Below are positions 1 to 11,680 of a stretch of 64,000 bases of DNA, one piece after another. This DNA is from Phoronis australis. Taxonomy: Eukaryota > Animalia > Phoronida. Position 1 is the stretch's first letter. Every line of letters begins with the position of its first letter. The notes under the pieces were generated by a model, which was given only the letters and a program-made list of their open reading frames with translations, was not told the DNA's origin and ran no database searches. The translations under genes were made by a program, and so were the position numbers. The stretch is taken from the NCBI GenBank assembly GCA_002633005.1, contig NMRA01000095.1:487901-551900 (forward strand), written 5' to 3'.

Positions 1-212
1 GCTTTACTTTTAAAAGTAAAAAAAAAAAACAATGTAATGTTGATAGATAGTAAAGCATCGATTTTAGCGTTGCTTAAATGCTGGTGTCAGATTTTGTTTC
101 GCTTTCTGTATTGTTGTGATAATTTGTCTGGTAGCACTTTGTCGTATCTTGTTTTTGCTAAGTGTGTGTGCCTCCTGTTATTAAAAACCCCATTGTGTTT
201 TTGTCGTTTCAG

Positions 213-1779
213 GCCACGACCTAAGCGAACATGTATTGTTGACGGTAAAAAGCTGAGGATCTCTGAGTACAAGAACATCGTGAAGCACAGACGACACGAT
301 GTCAGAAATGTATTGTATGGCGACCTAGGGAGCTCCTACGTCGAGGGTCTGTTAGGTAAACACTACTAACTTCCTGTAGTCGGAACATTCTGGTTGGTAG
401 TGTGCGGAAGTTGGTGGAAAGTTAAGTCTGGCAATGCATTGCATAGCGCAAGTTTCTTACAAAAAAAATCGGGATCTCACAAGATAACGCGAAATCACGC
501 ATGTTTCTGGAGTTAATTGAGCTCACATTATCAAAATGAAATGATTGGTCGGTGAAGCTGGAATGTTGAATTGCGGGAGTAAGCTATAAGTCAAATGATG
601 TTTCCATTCCACAAGTCAAGATTTGTTGCCATAAGTGTTCATGGTTCTTATAGTCTTGAAAAGCCTGTGAATTTAGAGTCTTAGCCTTGAATAGTCATTG
701 AATTTAATTCTGATCTTGAAAAAGCCTCAAATTTCAACTTTTAGCCTTGCAAATATGTGAAAGGCCTTAATTAAAAGTAGAGTTTTGTATTTTGTTTGAA
801 AATATTACCTTTTTTAAATAACATGATTAGCAGTATTTTATCTTGTATTGAATCCATTAAAGGGATTAGAATGTTTACTATCAAGTTTGCCAATTTAATT
901 TCCTCGTTTTAAATATTTTCCAGTTACAAAAGGGGAGGTTGGAGTTAATGCACACAAAGTTGAAAAAAATGGTCTTGAATATGCATTGAGTACACCTTGA
1001 ACTACCCTGAAATCCTTGAAAAGTCGATGAATTTCTTGGTCAAAGTTTAGTATGAACTATGGTGTTGTGCAGTCTGTCCGTAATATGTACACCTGATTCT
1101 TGGATGCTAAACACGCTTGCTTTGATTTGAATCCCTGTTGTTATTTGATTCACATGGTTGAAACATTTTGATCTTTGCTTAAAACTACTGCGGTCCAGAG
1201 AACGGGCACGATCACGTTGAACTTTATCTAGTTATTTCAAGGTTATGGGCGACAGTTTTCTGAATTTTTCACAAAATCTTGTGGACAGTTACTAGAAGTT
1301 GACCAGCAAAGACAACGAATTAAAAAGTAAAAAATGAATTAAAATAAAATGAAATAAAATAGGTATTGGTGTTGCCAATGTAGAATAAATTTCGTCTTAC
1401 AAATGTAATGTTGCGCTTAAAAAAGTTTGGTAAAAGTACAAACATGTCATGCATTACCCTTGCACACAACAGAAATGAGGACAGAAACAGAATTACATCA
1501 AAAAATATTTTCAAGTCTGACAAGTCAGTATAGCACTTTTTATTCAAAAATTAAAATTCTTTGCAAGGAGTAACCTGCATCTTGTTAATATTTGCAGCTC
1601 AAAAAGGAGCCAGCCTCTTGTCACCAACGACCTCTGTTGAGCAAGCGTTATTCCCAGGCAGTTCGGTGTTTACTACGTCTGCCATGTCAATGGTACCATC
1701 GAGCAATCAAGATATCTCCGATGATTCGCACGACGAAGAAGCATCAATGGACACTACAGAGGTCGCCGCGACCGGTTAA
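213..1779 (+). CDS. SoxD: SoxD-group HMG-box transcription factor (SOX5/6/13-like), last two coding exons; the 5' part of the gene lies upstream of the window
   Basis: Exon 213-355 (ttcag|g ... g|gtaaa) encodes [31 protein letters not shown], matching the SoxD-specific segment that follows the HMG box ([21 protein letters not shown] in SOX5/6). It joins in phase 1 to exon 1598-1779 (tttgcag|ct), which ends in an acidic tail and TAA. Confidence 0.9.
640..1061. mobile_element. Non-autonomous DNA transposon (MITE) in the SoxD intron, 5-bp TSD
   Basis: Imperfect TIRs catggttcttata / gtatgaactatg, internal subterminal repeats ccttgaaaag..tgaattt, and flanking direct repeat gtgtt (635-639, 1062-1066). 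Confidence 0.7.
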
Positions 1780-4700
1780 AAGCATACGGACAAACACAAT
1801 CCTTTTGCTGTGTGTGGTCTAGTCATAGAGTTATTGTGTGATATGTATTTGGACGTTCGAGGTTATATTCTAGATGTGATTTTTTACTAGTCATTTAAAC
1901 TCAGTCACATGGTTATAGGTTTCTTGAGTGTGAAAGTTATCATGTACATCTATTTATTAACGAACGAGAATATAATTTTCTGACAAAAACTTATGATAGT
2001 AGCTCTTCCCTTTTGCTGTTGAGACATCAATAGTGACAAATGGTTATTCATAACTTACCCTAACGTTTTGTGGCATCTAACCTAGCCATTCTCTTGCATT
2101 TAAATGAACAAGATCTGTTAAAAATATTGTGTAACTGCATTTAAGATAAACTATAGTGATTTTATACACGGGGTGTTTCATATACAATACCAGTCTTCCT
2201 GCCTGGGCTTGCCTCCATGAACTAGGATATGTTCCGTGTCAATGTCAGATAATTTTTGTGCTTCAAACCGTCGTTCTTCCTCTTTACATGAGAAAGCAAC
2301 TGTTCTTCCAGGACTTAACCTTGACAGCTTGGTCAGCAGCTTGTCATGGCATTCAGATATGATATTAAACATTTACTGACTGTTCCTGGTTGACACTTAA
2401 GACGTATAGATATTAAACTGTAAATATGTGTTCACAAGGCATGACAAGTCACCTTTATGTGACACTAGATGTACATTATCGTTGGTAAACATTTTATTTC
2501 ACAAGTGCATACAGTTACATACACTAGTGGTTGAGACCGTTGAAGATTTTGCGCGCGGATTGGGAGTTTGTACGACGGTGACTGGCTGAGCACTTATGCA
2601 GGGTTTTAACCTGCCACCTTTGCATGAGTCAGAGGTCATGACCCCTGTGTCAAAGGTTACTGATATGAACTTTTAGAACTAGGTCATTAATGTTGAGAAA
2701 TGTAGGATTGTAGACAAAGTTATTAATATATGGTATATATATTGTTATTGGTATTGCCAAAATGTGACAGAACACCAAGAGAGTTGTTAATATATACATA
2801 TGCATTATATATACAAGTAGATTCAGGACTAGAGACCTAGTGGTTCTTGCCAATTTGATCTCATTTGGTTTGACTTTCTTATTTGTTGTTATAAAGGGGA
2901 CAAATTTCAAAATGGCATACAGATGATTACTCAAACATAAAACTTGCACTTAATTGACAGGTCTTGTTTTAGTGACTTAGTATTAAAATTATGTTGGTAT
3001 CTATTTTTAACTATGATAATGGAAATCATTAAAACTCATGTTTTTGATTTCGTATTGCATTGAAAGTTATATGCCTGAGCCACTGCCTTTAGACTATCAG
3101 ATTCTCTGCCGTATGCATTTGTTTGTGTTTTGTGTATTACATAGTAAAAGATGTTCCACTATGACTCTCGGGTTGGGTCTTGTGAAATTATGATACAGAG
3201 TTGTGACGATGATTGTGATTATACCGTGATATTACGTGAGAATAATGTAACTAGTTATAATATGTTCAGCTTGATGATTTCTGTTGTGAGTTCACGTCAC
3301 AGGTTTCTAACAGCAAAAATTTCGATTAGCACGTGATGTGCAAGGCAGGATTTCACAGGGTTGTAAACGCCGGTTCATTCTTTGTGATGAAATTGTAGTG
3401 CTGTTTTATTGTTAGTTTGTTTCTTATATCTGTGTTGGGAAACACGGGCTTCACAAACTTGTTCTAATGTGCCGTTGGTAGTGCTAGCCTAGCCAGAGTG
3501 TTTAAACATTAAAACCATTATTTTTATTCAGAGCAAATGTGCAGTGACGCTCACCTTTATGGAGCAAACCTAATTAACCAAATTGCCCTTTTTCAATTTC
3601 CACGGTTTCCTAATAGTATTGTAAATGGTTGGAATATTTCATAGTAATGTCTGGTGGTAGCTATTGTGCTGAAGCATTTAGGTGGCGCTACACGTCTTAT
3701 GGAAAAAGAACTGAATAAAATGCTACTCGTCTGTAATGCTCTGTCCTAAATTGCGGAGTTATTACCGTACCAATTTGTTAGCATTAGGTACACGTCACAT
3801 CACGAAGATGTCTGTAGTGAAACTGTCAGCAATTAAAGGGTTCTTTCATTCTCACTTGCTGCCTGTGCTAGTCAACAACATAAAGTGTGTCTCAAGCCTG
3901 TCCATCTAATGATAGGAATGGATTGCCATGATTTAACACACTGGCAAGTGGAAGTGATTGTAAAAAACAGGTATTGGCAGGCTTAGCAACTCTTCCAAAA
4001 TTAGCATTTTCTATATCAGTTGTAGGTGATATTTCGATTCCCTTTAATGGTGGAAACCAAGTGCCAGCATGGCGTCAGTGATAAGTTGAGTAGCCTGTGA
4101 GAACAAGAGACTCAGGTGGCAACGTGACTATTGGACAAGAAGGCAATTTAATTTTTGTTTACAATTGTTCGTGTCTAATGTTGTGCGCTGTAAAAGGGTC
4201 TTCTCACGAAGACAAAATTGTTACCCTGAACCACCCACTGCGGAGAAAAAATCTTTGCACAGCCAGGTGACGTTAAATAACACTGGTCACATGTGATCAG
4301 CCTTCATTACTTACTAGAAGTCTCCATTAATTCAATTATTTCTCGATGTTCATGTTCGTAGGAAGTAAGTGCCCTTTGAAGACATTTTGGCAATAGTTAC
4401 TTATTGGGATCCTGCATTTTGACATAACCAGTTTGATGCCTGTTATTCAGTGGAGAAAACTGGTTCTCTGCAATGGGCTTGCTGACAGTGTAGTACCCTG
4501 AGAATTGTAACCATCTGTATGCAGCCAGAGAAACCTGCATTTTAGACACGTGTTCAGACTACGCTATGTGTTCAGACTACGCTATGTGTTCCGACTACGT
4601 TATCAATGTCGCAGTGCCAGAGATGAAATAAAATGCCCAATACAACAAATTTTTTGTCTCTTCGTTGGTGAATAGTAGTCATACATACAGGTTTAACATT

Positions 4701-5031
4701 TTCACATTTCTGCACAAATTATTGTCTTGTTGATGTGATCATAAAGTGAAGAGACTCTCTGTGAAACCCGATGTTTGTGAATGCTTAGTGATATACAACA
4801 CATGTTGTCGACATTTTATGAATGAATTTGTCATTGTTGGTTTTTTCATAGTATCGGTTAATTTTTACAGATATAGAATGGGAACGTTGTAGTGTATATT
4901 GTTTACTGTACAGATTGTGGTGTATATTGACTGGATGCTCAAATATGTGTTGATTCTCATTAATTTAAGTCCGTGTTACAAGCTGTCTATGTATAAAGGC
5001 TAATAATTTAGTAGATGATTTTCTCAATAAA
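1780..5031 (+). other. Probable long 3' UTR of SoxD
   Basis: T/GT-rich sequence with no credible ORF after the stop. Candidate AATAAA signals lie at 4627-4632 and 5026-5031. The true end needs transcript data. Confidence 0.45.
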
Positions 5032-6180
5032 GACTACAGTTTGTTTACAATTCTGAGTTGTTTTATTCCATTGAAATGAAAGTATTGTCATAACCTCTAA
5101 AGAAATAATTTGTAAAACTTTAATTAAAACCTCTGCATTGCTGGAGTTCTTAATTAACGGGTAACGTAAATTATTAACACAAATAGTCGGTCTCATCTCT
5201 CACCACAGACTATAGTTTGTGCATGAATAACTTTTTTTACCAATCTGATGAAAGTATTGAATATGAAAACAATGTTCCATGTTTCGAATCGGGGCTTGGA
5301 ATTTTCCTCTTTTAGAGAATTTCCTCTTTGGCTTTGATTTCCAGTTTCGTCTTTTTTGGTCTCTTTTTATCCTTATTTCGACTTTGTTCATGCAAAAATG
5401 TTTATTTCAGTTCAATTTTACACAACAAAAATATCTCCATCACACAAGCCTAGTCTTTTTTTGGAATGACATGTCACCTGGAAGATTTTCTTTTTTTCGC
5501 CATTGGTCTTTCCAAGCCCTGTTGAACAAAATATGTGCTTCTTACCAATCTCAGAGTAGTAACAAAATTATTTTAAATTCTACTTTAATTTGTAGATAAA
5601 AGTATGTCCCCACAAATGTATTAATTCACCCAAGATTCTTCATGATGCTGTAGACTGTGGTCTTTATGTGTCCACTTCAAGTCATCAAACACAGGTTTTG
5701 GGCAACGAAATAGTATAATGGTAAGGTATACACATATATCCATTCAGAAGTAAAAATTCGATACTGGGTTTATCTTAAATAGAAAAATGGTGTATTTTGT
5801 ACATTGGCATGTGGCCAAGTCTGCCGGATAAGACTGGGTTTCCAGTGTTTCACCCGTTTTAAAAACTGGTGAATGCGCAATGGTGTGCAAACCCCATAAG
5901 GGTGAGATACAAAGGCTTACAAACAGCGTATTTAATTTTGTCGCTTTCTTGAGGTCATGACTGTTGTCTCCGCGACTCTGAAGCCATGCAATGGCCCAAA
6001 GCACACCAGCAACAGATATACATATATTGGCCTTGGTACAAGCTGTGTACGATAACCTTCTTCCAAATCTGTTTAACTTTGTTATGAATTATACAATAAT
6101 AAGCACGATGTTTTATAAAATACAGTTTTACAAGAGCTTTGGTGAATTCTGGTGTCATGGTTAAATTTGGTACAAAATTA

Positions 6181-6413
6181 AACCCCGCCCCCTTCGTGTA
6201 ATACAGTCCTTGTGCGGATGAGAGTTGAGTGAAGCGCTATCTATCGGAAACTAGTGATATAGAAAAGAAACACAATTTAGCGAAATTTTGTCCCTATCCT
6301 GGCAAAGCGGAAGTTCAAGTAAAAGAGCTTCGTGTCGCTGTCAAACAGCTTCCAAATTGAAACACAACACCTGACTTTTTGCTGTCGGTGGTGCAGTGAA
6401 AAACAAGGTATGT
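6181..6413 (+). promoter_or_regulatory. Putative promoter and non-coding first exon of the FGFR1OP2 homolog
   Basis: GC box ccccgcccc near 6183, ETS-type gcggaagt near 6308, and a strong donor aag|gtatgt at 6407/6408. The acceptor at 8686-8687 sits two bases before the ATG, so an upstream exon is required. Confidence 0.55.
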
Positions 6414-6720
6414 GAAATTTGATGTTTAAACCGTTAATACAGTGCAGTGTAACTCAGACTTAAGTCGACTGTCTCGAGCAAAATGCACTCTGATTGCAAG
6501 TGTAAGTCAAGAAAGTCAAGTAAGTCGACCTTGTCCTAACTCATAACATTTAATGGTGAATCAAACTAGGGATCCAAACCATTAGCTAAGAAGCAGTTGC
6601 CCATAGGCAGGAATACGGACACAGTCACAAAGTCATATGTTGCAGCACAAGACAAGCACTAGTATGACAGTTCAACACACTATGAGACAATGCTGCTAGT
6701 ACTGTCACGCAGACCCTGTA

Positions 6721-7546
6721 TACAGTCAAGTGACCTAATTATCGGACGTTTTGGCACATTTTGCATTATATTTAATTGAAAATACTACGGATTGTTGTAA
6801 ATTTTTTGCTGAAATAAAGATTTACCTTCACGGAATTGTTCTGTTACTATATCTTGTCACTGAAAGCCACATTTATGTTCCGACTGATCTTCAAAAAGCA
6901 CAACAACCAAACCTTCGGAGAACCTAAATATCGGACACCATGTTTCTCCATACGCCACACCGCGGAAAACTGACTAACCATGTAATGGCCGCGGGCACCT
7001 TGTCGCCAAATTTCAGCTCGAGTGTTTTGACATATATGCTGCTAGAACCCAGGTCCATTCGCAACAAAATTATCCATAAAATGAAATCTGATGACGGCGC
7101 CAAGTCGTTTCGATGAATTAGTGCAGACGACTAAAGCACGTGCAAACTCACTGCAGTTTTTAGTATCACTTAGGCTTCTTGATATGACACCCGCACGTGC
7201 GCGGTCGGGGTTTGACTTGAGTTTAAAAACAAACGAAAAAATGGAACAGTGACATATTGTCAGTTCAATGAGATAGTGTCATTGTAGAAAAAGATTTTAT
7301 TTGCAACTTTTATAACCGATTTATGCGATCGTCCATTTTAGGCTGACTTGGGGGTCTAAATTGCTCCCTCTCTCGGTGAAATCAAAACGAGGCAACGCTG
7401 TAAAAAAACGAGACGGTGCCGGACATTGAATGCATTACAACGGAACAAAAATTGGTGTCATTTAATTCTCAGATTATGCTTCAAGTAAGATTCTATGAAA
7501 TGTCCGATATTTAGGTTCCGTCCGATAATTAGGTACACTATGTGTA
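6721..7546. mobile_element. Tc1/mariner- or pogo-type MITE
   Basis: The ends taca..cctaattatcggacg and cgtccgataattagg..tgta are inverted and TA-flanked. A second inverted pair is gaacctaaatatcggaca (about 6920) / tgtccgatatttaggttc (7501). Confidence 0.65.
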
Positions 7547-8368
7547 CACAGAAATCTTTTTGGCAAATTATGCCTCACACTGATTAAACCATCAACAGTC
7601 ATGTTTAAAGTAACTTTTCCGATCATAGAAGAACACCTTAGGAGGTGGTCGGTGTCTTTTTTGAAAGTCCTTCGAACTCTATCAAAAACATCAGTATTGT
7701 AGAAAAATACACATTCGAGCTACGGGTATCGAACCCAGCATGTGAGCTGAGTGTCCAAACTGTCCAGCCAAATTGAAATTGCCGCTTGGCAAGCAATTCA
7801 GAGAGGCTTTATATGACTATGTTACACCCAGAGGTCCTGTGTTACAACACTTCAGTTTTCTCTCCCTTCTGTGGATTACTTGTGTCACCTGGCCCTTAGG
7901 TCGGCCTCGTCTCTTGTCTGGCAGTTGGCACTCCCAGGCTGGGAGCTTGACCCCGACCACTCCAAGAGGAGTACTGACATCTCATGTGGTTGTGGATTCT
8001 ACCTTTGTTGGGTGCCAATGTAGAAAATTCCACTTGTCAAGTGTAGGTATCAAATCGCGGCCATAGGCGTGAGAGTCAAGCTTCTAAATCATTCAGCCAA
8101 GAAGCAGTTTAGAGAGCGTCGTTATACGACTCTACGTCACACTCAAAGGTCATGTGTCGCAACGGTATTGCTAGTGTCTTACTTCTGAGACGTATTAGTT
8201 TGGAGTCAGTTCACAGATAATTCGTTATGAAAAAAATAAAAAAATTTCACGTGACTGCTATATTGTGTACTAAATTTTCGCTCATAAATTTAACACTAGA
8301 TTCTATTTCTCCACCATGTTGTGTCCTACATTGTAGAGTCTATACCTTGCAATATATTTGCCTCACTT

Positions 8369-8638
8369 CAGAGGCGGATCTACAGGACGGTGTGGTTCAG
8401 GGGGTTCAAACCCCCCTTCAGGACAGGATGAAAAACAAAATTTGAAAAAAATTTCACCAGAAAAATGAAATCGGCCACTAAAAACCACAAAAAATCTTCC
8501 ACGGTAGGGGGTTTCCCCACAAAAAATCTTCCACGGGAGGTGGGAAACCCCCTCCCGACCTTCCTTCCGCTCGACGCTACACGCCTCGTATTCACTTGAA
8601 TCCTAAACCCCCTTACCAAAAATGTAGATCTGCCACTG
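8369..8638. mobile_element. MITE, CAG(A/T)GGCGGATC family, 5-bp TSD
   Basis: TIRs cagaggcggatctaca / tgtagatctgccactg, flanked by cactt on both sides. A related copy lies at 57567-57712. Confidence 0.8.
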
Positions 8639-8689
8639 CACTTCTGCTCTTTGACCTACTTCATTTGTGCCCTTTGACCTGTTCCAGCT

Positions 8690-10484
8690 ATGTGCAGCAT
8701 TGAGAAGCTCCTGTCTGATGCTAGAATGTTGGTGGGTAAATTACGAGACCACGACAATTCAGCCGATCAGCTCATCAATCAGTCGCAGTCTCTGCAGAAA
8801 AAAATAGATGCAATGAAGGAGGTTGGTGACACCTCATACTGCTTGTGTGAGAAATGACTACTGTGGTATTCGTGTTTTAGTGTTGGGGTCATTTGCTCAG
8901 GAAAGTAAAGTGTTAATTGCTCACTTTGGAAGTTTGTAACTGTAATTGTATTTAAAAATACTAAAAGTTTATAACAATGATGTAGTCATTGTTTTGAAAA
9001 CCACACACCATTAAATGAAAGCAATTTGTCTTTTTAGAGTGTTTATATGATTCATCCACACTCTTCAACCAGCGTAATGAAGGACTCCATAGTGTTTAGA
9101 TGTATTTGCCGGTATTCCAATGTTATACATAGTTTCTGTCCCGTCAGCAAATATATGTGTTACACCCAATTGCTGTTTTATTACCAACGCAACAGTTGGC
9201 GATGAGGATAAAGCTCAACATTTTCACGTGCCTGTAATGTCAACATTTTGGCCACCCTGTCTGGATAATCCGTATATAAAGGTTGAACAGTTCCTTGAAA
9301 TGCTAGATTACTTTGTGTCAAGTTGTATTACATTGATTGTGTTGTAATTACGTTAAATATATCAATTCATCACTTTTACATGATTGTTGTAGTACGAAGA
9401 AGATCTGAATCAGCTGAACGAGATCGCTCGCCACCGTCCCCGTGCCACACTTGTGCTGGGCATTGCTCAAGAGAACAGGCAAATCCGCGAACTCCAACAG
9501 GAGAACAGAGAGCTTCGTGTCTGTCTACACGAACACCAGGCGGCATTGGAGTTGATTATGAATAAATACCGTGAACAAGTTTTGCGCTTTATACTCAATA
9601 AGAAAGAACCGACAGAGCCAATGCACAACTCAGAGGTAGAACTTCACGCCTTTATGTTCTGCAATCTTATTGTTGAAATCTTACATTATACCGCTCTTAA
9701 ACAGATAGCTGCCTAAATGGACAATCTGTGCTGTATTCTGTCTTATAATTATCCCACGCTCTTACGAAGTTCATTTCTAGAGAGCACTTGCTTGCCAGTT
9801 GCTTTGTTTTATAGGAGGGGTTGATAAGGATTGGATGGTTGTATTTTGCTCTCCAAGGTACAATCTTTGGAGAATATTTGGCCCCCTTTCATGGTTATTT
9901 TGGCTTTGTGGCATTGGTGGTATCATCCTGAATTGGTTATTACATCATTTGGTATTGTCTCGGGTACATGTTACCTCCTGCTGTCCAGGTATGGCATTAG
10001 TATGAAATTCAAATGTACAACAGCATTGCCTTAGCTGTTATGTGGGTGAGAGCCTTGTGTGCTTACTCAATACTACTTGAAAAAATCGGCTGGAGAGTCA
10101 ATCTGGCAACTGTTTCAATTTGAATTTGTACATTGGACAATACAAATACTTTGATTATTCTTTTGCAGAATTCCCTTCTAATCTGTGAATCTGGTTAGTG
10201 TACAATGAAAAATGAGATTTAGTAGTAATATAGAAATTTAGTTGGGAAACTCTAAATATCCTTTTGTGTGTTTACAGGAATTGGATTCTAAAATTGAAAA
10301 GATCTGTGAGATGGCTGCCGTCATGCAAAAAGCAATTGAAATCGACGATCTGGCTATGGCACAGGAACATGAGAAATTAACACAGTTGACATTAGAGAAC
10401 AAAGGTTTACGAGAACTTTTGAAAATTCATGAACAGTTTGGTGACCAGCAAGAAGACACTTGTCAGAATGAGGAACATCCGTGA
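8690..10484 (+). CDS. FGFR1OP2: FGFR1 oncogene partner 2 / SIKE1 family coiled-coil protein, 193 aa
   Basis: Exons 8690-8821, 9393-9635 and 10278-10484, all phase 0 with GT-AG ends. The product MCSIEKLLSDARMLVGKLRDHD...YEEDLNQLNEIARHRPRATLVLGIAQENRQIRELQQENRELR...HQAALELIMNKYREQ...KICEMAAVMQKAIEIDD...LENKGLRELL matches the FGFR1OP2/SIKE family. AATAAA near 10833. Confidence 0.95.
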
Positions 10485-11509
10485 ATTACATACATTCCAG
10501 TCAGGAACTTAAGAAATCTAATAATTATGTAGCATGTTGCTGGAACTATTCAGGCGTCGTAATAATTGTTGTAAGGAGTTTTGTCCAAGTCTGTGCACAA
10601 ATTTCAATGAACTCGATGGAAGTTTGGTTTTGACATCTATTTATTTTTGAGTGAGTTTATTAGTTAGTGACAGGATGCATGCAAGGATGCCCAGGAGACC
10701 ACAAATCCAATTGTAGTTTAAAGGGTTGTGTGCATGATCCTAGTACAAACTAACATGTAGCAACAACAACAAGCTACTATCTTTCGTTACATTCTACATA
10801 ATCCAATTTTGGAGTTGTAATAAGTAAGAAAAAATAAAACGTTAATTCTTAAAATTGACCTTCACCCGCTGTAACATCTTTCTTGAAGAAGAATGCAAAC
10901 ATGCATCGTGACAGTTGGCTACATTTAGCCTCCACTCAGCTGTCGTGACGGTGAATTCTTGGTAACATTCTCTGATTACTTTTGGCGTCTATTTCAATTT
11001 TGGTGTCTGATAGCACTAGAACTGCAACTTCAAACAGACCAAACCTATTTCACTTGCATAGTAGAGTGACTTGAGCACAGAATAATTGTAAAGTGAACAA
11101 ATGCATCCTACTCGTATCACTTTCTGGACTGCTTTAACCGGCAAAAGGCAATTCTGGTTTCATCAACCAAACTATCCAAGCAAATTCTATCTGTCAACAG
11201 GTAACTCGATATTCACTAAGCGGTGATAGCAAACTAAGCTTCCTCTAAATTCAAATAGTTTATTTGGTACACAAGGATACGGGTCAACTGTACAAAATTA
11301 CAAATAGTCAATCTTATGTCGCGTTACACATCTGAATAGGCCGACAGCAGAGGACAGTCCCATCAGTTTGAGGGCATTTGTGTGCTACTAAAGATACCAC
11401 ATGACTACCTGAATGAATGCACTTGTACAGGTGAGAGAAATTTCACATGAGCCACTTAAAAAACTTTGTGTCCCTCGCAACAATTAGGTTCGTTGGCAGT
11501 TTCATACTG

Positions 11510-11642
11510 CCTTGTTCATGCTTCTCCACAATCCCATGACACATGACACGCACCTTGTTCATGTCTCTCCACAATCCCATGACAGATGACACGCACCTTG
11601 TTCATGTCTCTCCACAATCCCATGACACATGACACGCACCTT
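11510..11642. repeat. 43-bp minisatellite, 3 copies, in the INTS12 3' UTR
   Basis: Unit ccttgttcatgtctctccacaatcccatgacacatgacacgca starts at 11510, 11553 and 11596. Confidence 0.9.
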
Positions 11643-11680
11643 CCTAACCATCAATACGTGACAAGACAGTCCAGTCGCTT